From an uncultured Verrucomicrobiae bacterium (GTDB lineage: Bacteria; Verrucomicrobiota; Verrucomicrobiia; Limisphaerales; UBA11358): a DNA stretch of 64,000 bases. Shown in pieces: positions 28,440 to 37,492 of the stretch (position 1 is the first letter of the stretch; the number at the start of each line of letters is the position of its first letter). The translations under genes and the position numbers were made by a program. The notes beneath the pieces are model-generated. The model was not told where the DNA came from. It saw only the letters and a list, made by a program, of their open reading frames with translations, and did no database searches. The stretch covers positions 193,768 through 257,767 of the forward strand of contig CAVXRE010000013.1 in assembly GCA_963764175.1 (NCBI GenBank), written 5' to 3'.

Positions 28440-29276
28440 TCACTTCCAATCGGGCCGGTTGTTTTGCGGGCCATAGGAACCAAAATACTGGCCGAAGGTA
28501 TGGGCGCTGTAGCGCAGCCAGTTGCCCATGTCAATTTGGCCGCGCAATTTCTTCACCGCCAGATTCTTCAACGCACCACCCAGATGCCACAATTTCATGG
28601 GGTGATGATCCGGCCCCCGCTCCGCCGTGCGCGCCTCGCTGTAAGCCTTCCGAAACATGTACAAAAGCGACCCCTGATTCCTGTTCACGGTGCGCGCCGC
28701 CGGAATATAGGCCATGCGATGATTCCGTTTGAGCATTTCCCTGAGCCAAAACCTGTCCTCCCCGGTCCTGATTGATTCGCTAAAGGGACATTCCTGCCAC
28801 GCGCTCCTGCTGTAAATGGCGTTCCCGTTCCCAACTTCAGGCTCGATTTTGCGGTAATCCTCCCGGTCGTAAAGACCGACCCCCTCGCTTTCCTGCCTGA
28901 GTTCGCTCCTGCCGGTCAGTGTGTTGGGGCCATAGGCCACAACCACATCATCTGCAAAGGCCGCGATTGAGCCGCGATAGACATCCAGAAAACCGGGAAC
29001 CAGCGGAATGGTATGGGAACTGATGACCAGCACCCAGGGGTTCTTCGCCGCCTTGAAACCGAGGTTCAACGACTTGCTGTAGTTGAAGGGGCCTTCGGCA
29101 ATGATAATTTTCGCGCCACGCTTTTCGGCAATCTTCAAAGTTGAATCCCTTGACCCCGAATCCACCACAATGACCTCGTCCGGCTCGCGCAACCCCAACC
29201 CGCCGATGGCCTGATCCAGCGTTCTGGCCGAATCGCGGGTGCGGATGACAACGGAGATGGCGACTGGATTGGTCAT
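28440..29276 (-). CDS. Glycosyltransferase family 2
   Basis: AISVVIRTRDSARTL ... VVDSGSRDST. Preferred ATG at 29276 (MTNPVAIS); the track start at 29540 overlaps the upstream gene. Confidence 0.8.
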   Translation of the reverse strand: MTNPVAISVVIRTRDSARTLDQAIGGLGLREPDEVIVVDSGSRDSTLKIAEKRGAKIIIAEGPFNYSKSLNLGFKAAKNPWVLVISSHTIPLVPGFLDVYRGSIAAFADDVVVAYGPNTLTGRSELRQESEGVGLYDREDYRKIEPEVGNGNAIYSRSAWQECPFSESIRTGEDRFWLREMLKRNHRMAYIPAARTVNRNQGSLLYMFRKAYSEARTAERGPDHHPMKLWHLGGALKNLAVKKLRGQIDMGNWLRYSAHTFGQYFGSYGPQNNRPDWK

Positions 29277-29328
29277 GGACACTTTTGTTGCATGGGAAAC
29301 ACATCCAAACGATTCAAGCAAAATCTTT

Positions 29329-30195
29329 TCATGCCGTGTGCAGCAGGATGGGACGGTTATGGTCCCCACCGAACTTGGTGATTCCCACGGCGCGAATGTG
29401 CTTATAGCCAGCCGTCCGCAACAAGGCTTCAAGACATCGAAAATCAAACGCGCGATGATAGGTGGTGATGGCCAGTTTGGGATGGAATTTTGCCAGAACG
29501 GGCAGCGCCCCTTCCATCGCCTGGATTTCCGCGCCTTCAATGTCCATCTTCACAAAATCAACCCGGTCCAGTTTCAACCTTTCACAGATTGACACGAGTG
29601 TTTCCACCGCGACGGGCTGGCCGCCGGCTTGATCACCGACCTGGCCGAAGGCCGGGTAGGCAGCGTTAAACGAAAAGGAAGCCTGCCCGTGAAATGAGCC
29701 CAGCGCCGCGGCCTGGATGACCACCCGTCCGGCCTTGATTTCCTCCGCAAATGTTTTTTCGAGGCAATGGACCATTTCGGGGTTCGGCTCGATGCCAATC
29801 ACCTTGGACGCGCCGGCCTCCAGCGCCTGGAACACAAAAAAACCCTCGCAACAGCCGCAATCAATGACCACATCACCCGGCCGGATGACTGTGCCGTGGT
29901 TGAGATAAAAATGTGCGTTGGATCGGTGCTGCCAAAACACGGAAAGATATTCATTCCACAATTCGAGGTTGACCCGCGTGCTGGCGGGAAACCAGCTTTC
30001 GTGCCGGCTGCCGAACCGTAATTTCTTCAGTGCCCCGTCCTCGCCTGTCACTTCGATGTTCATTTCCGGCGAATGCACGCCCAGTGTGCGCGGATCCAGC
30101 GCAAACAAAACCGAGGTCCACGGACACAGCGTCAGCCGCCCTGACAGTTTCAGCACCAGCGGTTCGACACGTTTGATGAGTCCCGCGATTTTCAA
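29329..30195 (-). CDS. FkbM-family SAM-dependent methyltransferase
   Basis: VVIDCGCCEGFF SAM motif and FVKMDIEGAEIQAMEGA. Confidence 0.8.
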   Translation of the reverse strand: MKIAGLIKRVEPLVLKLSGRLTLCPWTSVLFALDPRTLGVHSPEMNIEVTGEDGALKKLRFGSRHESWFPASTRVNLELWNEYLSVFWQHRSNAHFYLNHGTVIRPGDVVIDCGCCEGFFVFQALEAGASKVIGIEPNPEMVHCLEKTFAEEIKAGRVVIQAAALGSFHGQASFSFNAAYPAFGQVGDQAGGQPVAVETLVSICERLKLDRVDFVKMDIEGAEIQAMEGALPVLAKFHPKLAITTYHRAFDFRCLEALLRTAGYKHIRAVGITKFGGDHNRPILLHTA

Positions 30196-30329
30196 ATGGT
30201 TGCCCTTTCAAACATCTTGCTGGAAGCGGCAGTCACAGACAAGCCCGTATCCAGTTTGATGGAGTTGTGATTTGCGCCGTGCTGTCAAAAAGTTTGTTTT
30301 TGGGGATGAATTTGAAATAATTGCCCATC

Positions 30330-31553
30330 ATGTCTCAAGATGTTGCTGCTTCATCTCCCCTCCGTGTGGCCTTTGTGAGCGGCAGCCTGCCGCTTGGCGG
30401 CTCGACTATATTTGTTTGCAACCTGGGAGGTGAACTGGTCCGCCGCGGCATTCCTGTCCGGGTGTTGAGCCTGGAAAAAGAAAATCCGCTCGGATCGGAC
30501 TTTCAACGGTTGAACATCCCCGTTCAAAGCCTGGATGACCGGCGCTTTATTTACGAAGACCGGCTGGCGGTTGTCCTCAACGAATTGGGCCGGTTCAAGC
30601 CCGCCGTTGTTCTGGCCACCTTGTCGGCCTCTTCTTTTGAAGTGTTGCGGTATCTTCCCGCCGGCGTGTTTCGAGTGGGCGTGGGGCAGGCCGATGACCC
30701 GGACGTTTATGAGATGATGCGGTATTACGCACCGCACATGGATTTGCTGGCCGTGGTGTCCAAGACCATGAAGGCCAAGGCAGAGGCCATGCCGGAATTT
30801 GGCCGCGTCCCGGTGCATTATCTTCCCTATGGCGTGCCTCTGCCGGAAAGTCTGGATGATACGGGCCACCGAAAAGGACCATTGCGCATTCTGTATCTTG
30901 GCCGCCTGTGGCAGGCGCAAAAGCGTGTCCGCCTGTTGCCGGTCATCTTTGACCGGCTGAAATCCTCCGGCATCCCGTTTCATTGGACCGTTGCGGGTGA
31001 AGGCCAGGAAGAAGCTTTTTTGCAACAGTCCATGAAACCCGCGCCACCGGAGCAAACTGTTTCTTTCACGGGAAGCATCCCTTATCGGGACGTGCCGCAA
31101 GTCCTGCGGGAACATGACGTGTTCCTGCTTACATCGGAGTTTGAAGGCCTGCCGTTGAGCCTGCTGGAAGCGATGGGCGCCGGATTGGTGCCCGTGGTCA
31201 GCGATTTGAAAAGCGGCGTCAGTGAAGTGGTGGACATCACCAATGGCATCCTCGTGCCCGTGAACGACGTGGAAGGATATGCGCTGGCCGTCATTCATCT
31301 GCACCAGCACCGGGATGAACTGGCCGCCAAATCCGCCGCCGCGCGTGCGCGGGTGAAGACGGAATTTTCCGTGGCAGCAATGACCGACCGTTGGTTGTCT
31401 GCCTTTCCGACACCGCCTGCCGCGCCGCCCGTGTGGCCGACTCGCTGGAAAATCTCCGCGCCGCTGCCGGCCAAATACCCACTGATATTCCTACCGCCCC
31501 TGCGCTTGATTCGTCGTTTTGTGAAAAAGTTTTCCATTAAGGCAACCAATTGA
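30330..31553 (+). CDS. Glycosyltransferase family 4 (GT-B)
   Basis: N-terminal SGSLPLGGSTIF and the EX7E motif SEFEGLPLSLLEAMGAGLVPV. The ATG at 30330 is preferred over the TTG at 30321. Confidence 0.8.
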   Translation: MSQDVAASSPLRVAFVSGSLPLGGSTIFVCNLGGELVRRGIPVRVLSLEKENPLGSDFQRLNIPVQSLDDRRFIYEDRLAVVLNELGRFKPAVVLATLSASSFEVLRYLPAGVFRVGVGQADDPDVYEMMRYYAPHMDLLAVVSKTMKAKAEAMPEFGRVPVHYLPYGVPLPESLDDTGHRKGPLRILYLGRLWQAQKRVRLLPVIFDRLKSSGIPFHWTVAGEGQEEAFLQQSMKPAPPEQTVSFTGSIPYRDVPQVLREHDVFLLTSEFEGLPLSLLEAMGAGLVPVVSDLKSGVSEVVDITNGILVPVNDVEGYALAVIHLHQHRDELAAKSAAARARVKTEFSVAAMTDRWLSAFPTPPAAPPVWPTRWKISAPLPAKYPLIFLPPLRLIRRFVKKFSIKATN

Positions 31554-31564
31554 AACGAAAAAAA

Positions 31565-32779
31565 ATGAATCCGGATAAAATCAAGAAATGGGAGATATTA
31601 CCCAGCACGGGGCGACATTTTGATTTGCTGGACGGACTGCGCGGTATTGCCATCTTGATGGTGGTTTGTTATCATGACTTTTATGTTAATCCCCAATCTG
31701 GGTTGCTGGTTCGGTGCATTGGCTGGCTGAATGATAGAGGGGGGGTAGGAGTGCAAATTTTTTTTATTCTTTCTGGTTTTTTGATCTCACTGCCATTTTT
31801 TAAAGTGCGGAAAACTGATATAAGCTCATGGTATGTTAAAGGCTATGCTCGGCGTAGAGTTGCCAAAATCATTCCGCCATTCTATTTCTCCTTGGTTGTT
31901 TTAACCGTCTATTATCTATTGCGATTTTCTAACCCGGAATATATCTGGGTTGCCTTCCGGTGGGCGGCTGGCATTTATAATTTCACTCCACAGACTTTAT
32001 ATTTTAACGGCGTCTATTGGAGCCTGGTCGTAGAGGTTCAATTCTATCTGCTCTTACCATTATTATTCTGGCTGACCAGTAAGCTGTGTGCTCGCAGACG
32101 TCTGATTATTATATTCGGTCTCTTTTTCTTCGTTCCATTGCTCGTGCGTGAACTAACTTGGCCGTCTGATTTAACTCTGGCTGGGGCTAAAGCCCAAATT
32201 GGGTTGACGCCATCCGAATTCACCAGCTTTCTGATGAGCCGATTCCCTTGCCAGATTGATTATTTCGCCTGGGGCATTTTGTTTGCCGGAGTTTGGTCTG
32301 CAATTCCACCAGAAGGGTTATCTGTGCCAAAGAATGGGATGAGGTTTTTCAGTCTCTTGGGGTATGTCGGTGTAATCATGATCATAACTAGCTTGGTATT
32401 GGGGGTGGTCTGGACGGCTCAATTTGATGTTATAAGCCATCCAGCAAGGTGGATGGTCGAAAGCGACCATTTACTGATTGGTGTTTCTGGCTTCTTACTT
32501 TTATTTTTCCTTTTCGACCCGCAATGTTTTGGCGCACGGCTGTTATCAACCCAATGGCTCCGCTTTGTGGGGGTTGTCAGTTATGAATGGTTTCTTTTCC
32601 ACCAACCGGTCATCTTTCTGTTTAGAGAGTTATGCCCGAAAACACATGGCAATGCGATTCTTTATTTGGTCAAAACAATTATGCCAGCAGGGTTGTCTTT
32701 CCTACTTGCCGTTTTGCTATATCGCTATTTTTCATTGCCCATTATGAATCGAGTGCGAGCAGGAATAAAGCGTTCATAA
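31565..32779 (+). CDS. Acyltransferase family 3 (O-acetyltransferase-type) membrane protein
   Basis: FDLLDGLRGIAILMVVCYH motif and about 10 TM helices. GC is markedly lower than the flanks (hand counts 38-50% per 60-nt line against ~70% just upstream). Confidence 0.85.
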   Translation: MNPDKIKKWEILPSTGRHFDLLDGLRGIAILMVVCYHDFYVNPQSGLLVRCIGWLNDRGGVGVQIFFILSGFLISLPFFKVRKTDISSWYVKGYARRRVAKIIPPFYFSLVVLTVYYLLRFSNPEYIWVAFRWAAGIYNFTPQTLYFNGVYWSLVVEVQFYLLLPLLFWLTSKLCARRRLIIIFGLFFFVPLLVRELTWPSDLTLAGAKAQIGLTPSEFTSFLMSRFPCQIDYFAWGILFAGVWSAIPPEGLSVPKNGMRFFSLLGYVGVIMIITSLVLGVVWTAQFDVISHPARWMVESDHLLIGVSGFLLLFFLFDPQCFGARLLSTQWLRFVGVVSYEWFLFHQPVIFLFRELCPKTHGNAILYLVKTIMPAGLSFLLAVLLYRYFSLPIMNRVRAGIKRS

Positions 32780-32795
32780 ACATCGGGTGAAGTAA

Positions 32796-33434
32796 TTGTC
32801 AACCTCACAAACCAATCTGGCCAACCTCAGGGTGCTTCGCGACTTCGCCACCGGTTCCGCCACCAACCTGGCCGACACGGGCGACAGCGTGGGCAAGGGT
32901 CTCACCGACAATGCAACCGCGTTTCCCACTCCACCGGTCAAACCGGCGGATTTGGCGACGCTGACAACGGGACTGCGCACGGCGATGGCCGTTGCGGCAT
33001 CCGGCGGGCCGCAGGCCACTGCGGCAAAAGACAAGGCATTCGCCGCGCTCGCTGATGCGCTGCGAAAAGACGCCCATTACGTCGAAATTCAGGCAAATCA
33101 CGATCTGGAGACGGCCCTGTCTTCCGGGTTCAACGTGGTCAGCACCAACCGCGCCCAAGCGCCGCTGGACGCGCCGGTGATCGTGGACATTGAGAACCTG
33201 GCCTCGACGCAAATCCTGCTGCGTTTAAACCCGATGGCCAATGTCCGTTCATTCCAGGTGCAAACCAGCACCGATGGAAAGACATGGACGGAAGCAGGCA
33301 TCTACACGCAATCGCGCAGGATTGTGCTGATGGGACTGACGCCGGGCATCACGTATTACGCGCGGGTGCGGGCGATTGGCGGCAGCACCGGCCGCAGCGA
33401 TTGGAGCGTGCCGGCCTCGCTCATGGCGACGTAA
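32796..33434 (+). CDS. Fibronectin type III domain protein of unknown function (no signal peptide, TTG start)
   Basis: 212 aa. The C-terminal ~90 aa follow an FN3 pattern (LRLNPMANVRSFQVQTSTDGKTWTE...LTPGITYYARVRAIG). The N-terminal Ala-rich helical region has no motif that I recognise. Confidence 0.6.
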   Translation: MSTSQTNLANLRVLRDFATGSATNLADTGDSVGKGLTDNATAFPTPPVKPADLATLTTGLRTAMAVAASGGPQATAAKDKAFAALADALRKDAHYVEIQANHDLETALSSGFNVVSTNRAQAPLDAPVIVDIENLASTQILLRLNPMANVRSFQVQTSTDGKTWTEAGIYTQSRRIVLMGLTPGITYYARVRAIGGSTGRSDWSVPASLMAT

Positions 33435-33687
33435 CCCAACAAACCTCACCCCGTCCTTTCCCACCTGATGGTGGAGGTTGTTTCCAATGCGGGACCGGGT
33501 GAGGGACATTTCCCGGCGGGAGAAATCCGCCGCGGACCCGGACGGCGGGTGACGTTCTACCTTCCTTTGACGTTGCCTGTCGTCCGGTGTTTTTTGTGCG
33601 AGACAGGAAGGTTCAACATGGGAGTCCAATCCCATCCCTTTTTCCGGCGATGCGTTTTCTCCGCCGTCTTGCGGCGAGGTTCCGGCA

Positions 33688-35205
33688 TTAAGCCGCAGCC
33701 TGCGCCGTTTTGAACCGGCGCGCGCGCACCCAGAATTCCTGCAAGTCGTCGCGATGCAGCACGAAGAACAATCCCAGCGTCAGCGCGCAAAAAATTCCGC
33801 GCAGCCACAGATTTTGTCCGCCTGAATTAAAAAATCGAAAGATAAAAACCGCCAGCACCATGCACACACCCAGTGCCAGCCAGCGGCGGAGTGAAGGCAG
33901 AATCAAATCCCCCGCCGTCAGAGAAAGATAACGCGGCGCGCGCCACGTCAGATAAGCCATCGAGACGAGCGAGCCGATGATGCTGCCGGCGAGGACACCT
34001 TTGACACCCATCGTTTGCGCGAGGGCGACGCTCATCACGATGTTGAGCAGCATGTCCACAACCGCGACCCACGACAAAACCCTGATGTCCTTCGCCAGTA
34101 TGGGAGCGCACGACAGGCAATGGTTCCACGCATGTTGCCAGATGTATAATGCCAGCAGCGCGTCAAATCCGGCGCCGGCGTAAATGCCCGGCCGGTGCGC
34201 CCACAGGTTCAGCAGATTCACAAACGGATGATTCAACACGACTAAAAACGTTCCCCCCAGCAACGCGAGGCTCATCGTCAACCCGGTGTAACGCTGGAAA
34301 CTCGCCGCCAGATGCGCCCGGTCGCCCGCCACATAAAATTGCTGCCAGCGCGGACAAAGCGAATCGAATGTCCTCCACAGGATTTGCAGGCCGTAGGTCC
34401 CCGCCTTGGATGAAACCATGAACAGTGTGACCGCCGACAGGCCGAGCAGCTTCGTGATGATCAGGCTTTGACTCAAAAAAATCACCTGTATCGCCACGCC
34501 GATGACAAAAACACCGGAGCTGAAATTGAACAACATCTTCAAATCGCTCCACCGGATGTCGCTGAAGGAAATCTTGAAACGGTGCGGCCCCCATTTTACC
34601 GCCAGCCACGGCAGAACGCCCGACACCAGCGTTGTCAACACGGCGGAATACGCGTAGGCCAGGGTGCCTGTCCCCGCCTTCAAAAACAGGAAGAACGCCA
34701 ACAGGCCCACCCAATTTGCCGCGGCGCTGGCCAGAAGCGGCCAGTAACTGCGGTTCTGCGCAAAAAGGATTCCGCCGGCAATGCGCAGTGGAAACGTCAG
34801 CGCGTTCAACGAGAGCATCCACAGCCACAACGAATGCGCCTCAGGCCGGAGCGGCTCGGCAATGTTGAACCAGGCAATCACCCAATCCGTGGAAAAATAT
34901 CCAACCAGAAAAATCAGCAGGCCCTGAAAACCGGTGACGACCAGAAAAAGACTCAACCAGCGGCCGCATTCCTTTACGTCCCCAGAATGCAGCGGCTCGC
35001 CCATCAAACGGCCAATCGAATTTGTGACGCCGAAATCCAGCAATAGAAAATAGCCGAGCGATTGGACGACGAACGACCACAGCCCCATGTGTTCCGTGTC
35101 CAGAAACTTGAGCGCCAGCGAAACCGACATCAAACCCGCCATGGCGATGCTGGCCATCTGGACATACGAAGCAAAGGCGGTATTGACGACAGCGCGGCGG
35201 CTCAT
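33688..35205 (-). CDS. Wzx-type (MOP superfamily) polysaccharide flippase
   Basis: 505 aa with 12-14 TM helices. The N-terminal pattern (NTAFASYVQMASIAMAGLMSVSLALKFL) is typical of polysaccharide biosynthesis/flippase proteins. Confidence 0.75.
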   Translation of the reverse strand: MSRRAVVNTAFASYVQMASIAMAGLMSVSLALKFLDTEHMGLWSFVVQSLGYFLLLDFGVTNSIGRLMGEPLHSGDVKECGRWLSLFLVVTGFQGLLIFLVGYFSTDWVIAWFNIAEPLRPEAHSLWLWMLSLNALTFPLRIAGGILFAQNRSYWPLLASAAANWVGLLAFFLFLKAGTGTLAYAYSAVLTTLVSGVLPWLAVKWGPHRFKISFSDIRWSDLKMLFNFSSGVFVIGVAIQVIFLSQSLIITKLLGLSAVTLFMVSSKAGTYGLQILWRTFDSLCPRWQQFYVAGDRAHLAASFQRYTGLTMSLALLGGTFLVVLNHPFVNLLNLWAHRPGIYAGAGFDALLALYIWQHAWNHCLSCAPILAKDIRVLSWVAVVDMLLNIVMSVALAQTMGVKGVLAGSIIGSLVSMAYLTWRAPRYLSLTAGDLILPSLRRWLALGVCMVLAVFIFRFFNSGGQNLWLRGIFCALTLGLFFVLHRDDLQEFWVRARRFKTAQAAA

Positions 35206-35245
35206 TGTTGCTTCAGGCTAGTGACAACTCCACCCAACGGCAAGT

Positions 35246-36121
35246 TCATGGAAATCGCACCGGCGGATTGAAAAACAGCCCGGCTATCATGCTTCGAAAC
35301 AATATCAGCGCATTTTTGAAACTACATTGACGAAAAAGCGCTGGAGTGGTCCGAAGAATCAACCGGATGGCCCCGCGGACATTGTAAAAATGATGGGTTG
35401 TTACACGTCGCATTTGCATGAAGACCATATTGCGCAGGCCGTATCGAAATTTGTCCACACTGGCATCTCCGATTTCCTCCAGCCCAACTCCAACGTTCCT
35501 TTTGGTTTTGTGAACGACGCGGCTGGTTGGAATGATCCAGCCTTTGAATTTTTTTGCGATGCGAAGTGTGAATTCCTTGTCATCACACCAAATAAACATT
35601 TCCCGCAGCGGCAGGCCGCACGCTTGCACGGCTTCCCGCCGAAATAGGACAGAAACAAATGATGATTCGTCAGTTTGCACACCTTGCAGCCAGCGTGGAT
35701 CATTGGTGGAAGCCGGCATGGTTGAGGCTGTCATGTTCATCCGATGCAATGTTCCGTCCGTCCAAAAAACCGCACTGCATAGGAATCCGGTTTCCAATTC
35801 GGATGCGTGCGCTGAAGCCAGCAACATTTCCAAAGCATCAGGCGCAGGAATTGTGTCATCGTCCATGCACCAAAACCATTCGTGCCCGTGTTCAAAGGCT
35901 GCTTTGATTCCGGCATATTGTCCGCCACTGCTGCCGAGGTTTTCCTGTTGGATGACTGTCAGTCCAGTTTGAATCTTCAACCATTCCGCGGTGCCGTCGG
36001 TGCTACCGTTGTTAATAACAATAATTTCATCCGGAACGCGCGTCTGACCGCGCACGGCCGCGAGATTTTCCTTGAGCAATTCAAGACGATTGCATGTGAC
36101 AATGACAGCGGATACAAACAT
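35246..36121 (-). CDS. Glycosyltransferase family 2 (galactofuranosyl/rhamnosyl-transferase-like)
   Basis: VSAVIVTCNRLELL, INNGSTDGT and CMDDD motifs, directly downstream of glf. A TTG start at 36157 (4-nt overlap with glf) is an alternative. Confidence 0.75.
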   Translation of the reverse strand: MFVSAVIVTCNRLELLKENLAAVRGQTRVPDEIIVINNGSTDGTAEWLKIQTGLTVIQQENLGSSGGQYAGIKAAFEHGHEWFWCMDDDTIPAPDALEMLLASAHASELETGFLCSAVFWTDGTLHRMNMTASTMPASTNDPRWLQGVQTDESSFVSVLFRREAVQACGLPLREMFIWCDDKEFTLRIAKKFKGWIIPTSRVVHKTKRNVGVGLEEIGDASVDKFRYGLRNMVFMQMRRVTTHHFYNVRGAIRLILRTTPALFRQCSFKNALILFRSMIAGLFFNPPVRFP

Positions 36122-36153
36122 GGTTAGTGTTATAATATGACTTAAAATACCAT

Positions 36154-37260
36154 TCAATCATCCGCAATTGTCTTTTGTCCGCTCAAGATCCGCCTAGCGA
36201 GAAGCATCGCGCGGGCGATGGCTTGATCCATGTCGTAATAACGATATTCGCCAAGCCGCCCGGCAATGAGCAAATTTGACATTGTTTTTGCCCGCTCACG
36301 GTAGGTGCTGTAAAGTTTGGTGTTCGCCTCATCGGGAAAGGGATACTCAAAATCGTTCGGGTCGTCCGGTGTCACCGTCACTTCGCGCGTCAGCACTGTG
36401 CCGTGAATACTTTGGATTTTTTCCGGCAGCATCATGTGCTTCCATTCCAGCGTGCGGATGTGCGGGCCGTTGGCCGGGTCGGGGTTGTTGACCTGTCCGC
36501 AGGGCTGCGCAAATTCCACTCCGGCCAGGTACTCGTGTTGCCGCCGCTGGCCGCGATATTTTAATTTTCCCAAATCGCAGCCAAAATACTCGTCAATCGG
36601 CCCGGTAAATATGACCATTTTCACAGCGTTGAATTCGCCGCGATTTTTCAGATAATCGCAATTCAGTTTCAGGGGAATGCCTTCGAGCATTTTTTGCATC
36701 AAATCCGCATAGCCGTTTTCTGGAATGCCTTGATGTTTGTGCCGCATCAAGCGCGGTTCGTCGTCTTCGCGCACATCGAAGCGCCGGGCAAGGCCCGCAT
36801 AAAGTTGGGTCGCCGGAACGCCCCATTGCTTTTCGTTGTAACCCTTGACGAATTTTTCATAGACGACGCGCGGCATCATCGCCAGCGACGCTTCCTCAAA
36901 ATTTCTTGGCACGCTGGTGAATTCGGGCCTCCAATTTTCGCCAACTACGCGGCGGATGTAGCCGGCGGCAACCGGCCAGTTTTCGCAACGACCGTCCACA
37001 AATGATTTGAGCGCGGCCTCGTATTTGTAAAATCGCGCAAAACGGTTGACGAATTGCCAAAGCTCCTCGTCGTTGGTGCGAAAATAATGCGGCCCGTAGG
37101 TGTGAATCCGAATGCCGCTGGAATGATGATGGTCATGGACATTCCCGCCGCAATGAGCGCGGCGATCAATCACCAAAACCGATCGCCCAGCCTCGACGAG
37201 CATTCGTGCGATAACTGCGCCGGTCAAACCGGAACCGACAATCAAATAATCTAAAGCCAT
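36154..37260 (-). CDS. glf: UDP-galactopyranose mutase
   Basis: 368 aa with the FAD motif YLIVGSGLTGAV, YEKFVKGYNEKQWG and GRLGEYRYYDMDQ. Confidence 0.9.
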   Translation of the reverse strand: MALDYLIVGSGLTGAVIARMLVEAGRSVLVIDRRAHCGGNVHDHHHSSGIRIHTYGPHYFRTNDEELWQFVNRFARFYKYEAALKSFVDGRCENWPVAAGYIRRVVGENWRPEFTSVPRNFEEASLAMMPRVVYEKFVKGYNEKQWGVPATQLYAGLARRFDVREDDEPRLMRHKHQGIPENGYADLMQKMLEGIPLKLNCDYLKNRGEFNAVKMVIFTGPIDEYFGCDLGKLKYRGQRRQHEYLAGVEFAQPCGQVNNPDPANGPHIRTLEWKHMMLPEKIQSIHGTVLTREVTVTPDDPNDFEYPFPDEANTKLYSTYRERAKTMSNLLIAGRLGEYRYYDMDQAIARAMLLARRILSGQKTIADD

Positions 37261-37459
37261 TAAGAAAGCGTGTGGATCAATGGCGCCGCTTCGCTTTTGT
37301 GGAAAAAGCTAATGTTTGTTTGACTTGAAATTTCCGGCACGCGTGAATCGTAGAAAAAAATCCCATGCTGACAAGAAGGAATCCACAAAATGGATAGAAC
37401 TCAAATGTGCTTGCAGTCCGATGCCGCTCTGATTCCATTCCTCAACCGCATCTTCGGGT

Positions 37460-37489
37460 TAAAGGTAGCTAAAGGTAATTAAAGGTAAA
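37460..37489 (+). repeat. Three tandem 10-nt units T-AAAGGTA-NN ending 3 nt before the ATG at 37493
   Basis: Read directly: taaaggtagc taaaggtaat taaaggtaaa t ct ATG. Confidence 0.7.
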
Positions 37490-37492
37490 TCT

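Noticed and set aside
33435-33687. 253-nt convergent gap between the FN3 gene and the flippase as a terminator/ncRNA
   Set aside because: Several short stems exist (CCACC-tgat-GGTGG; CCTGTC...GACAGG with a T6 in the loop), but none has the stem plus U-tract geometry of an intrinsic terminator. I also recognise no ncRNA signature.
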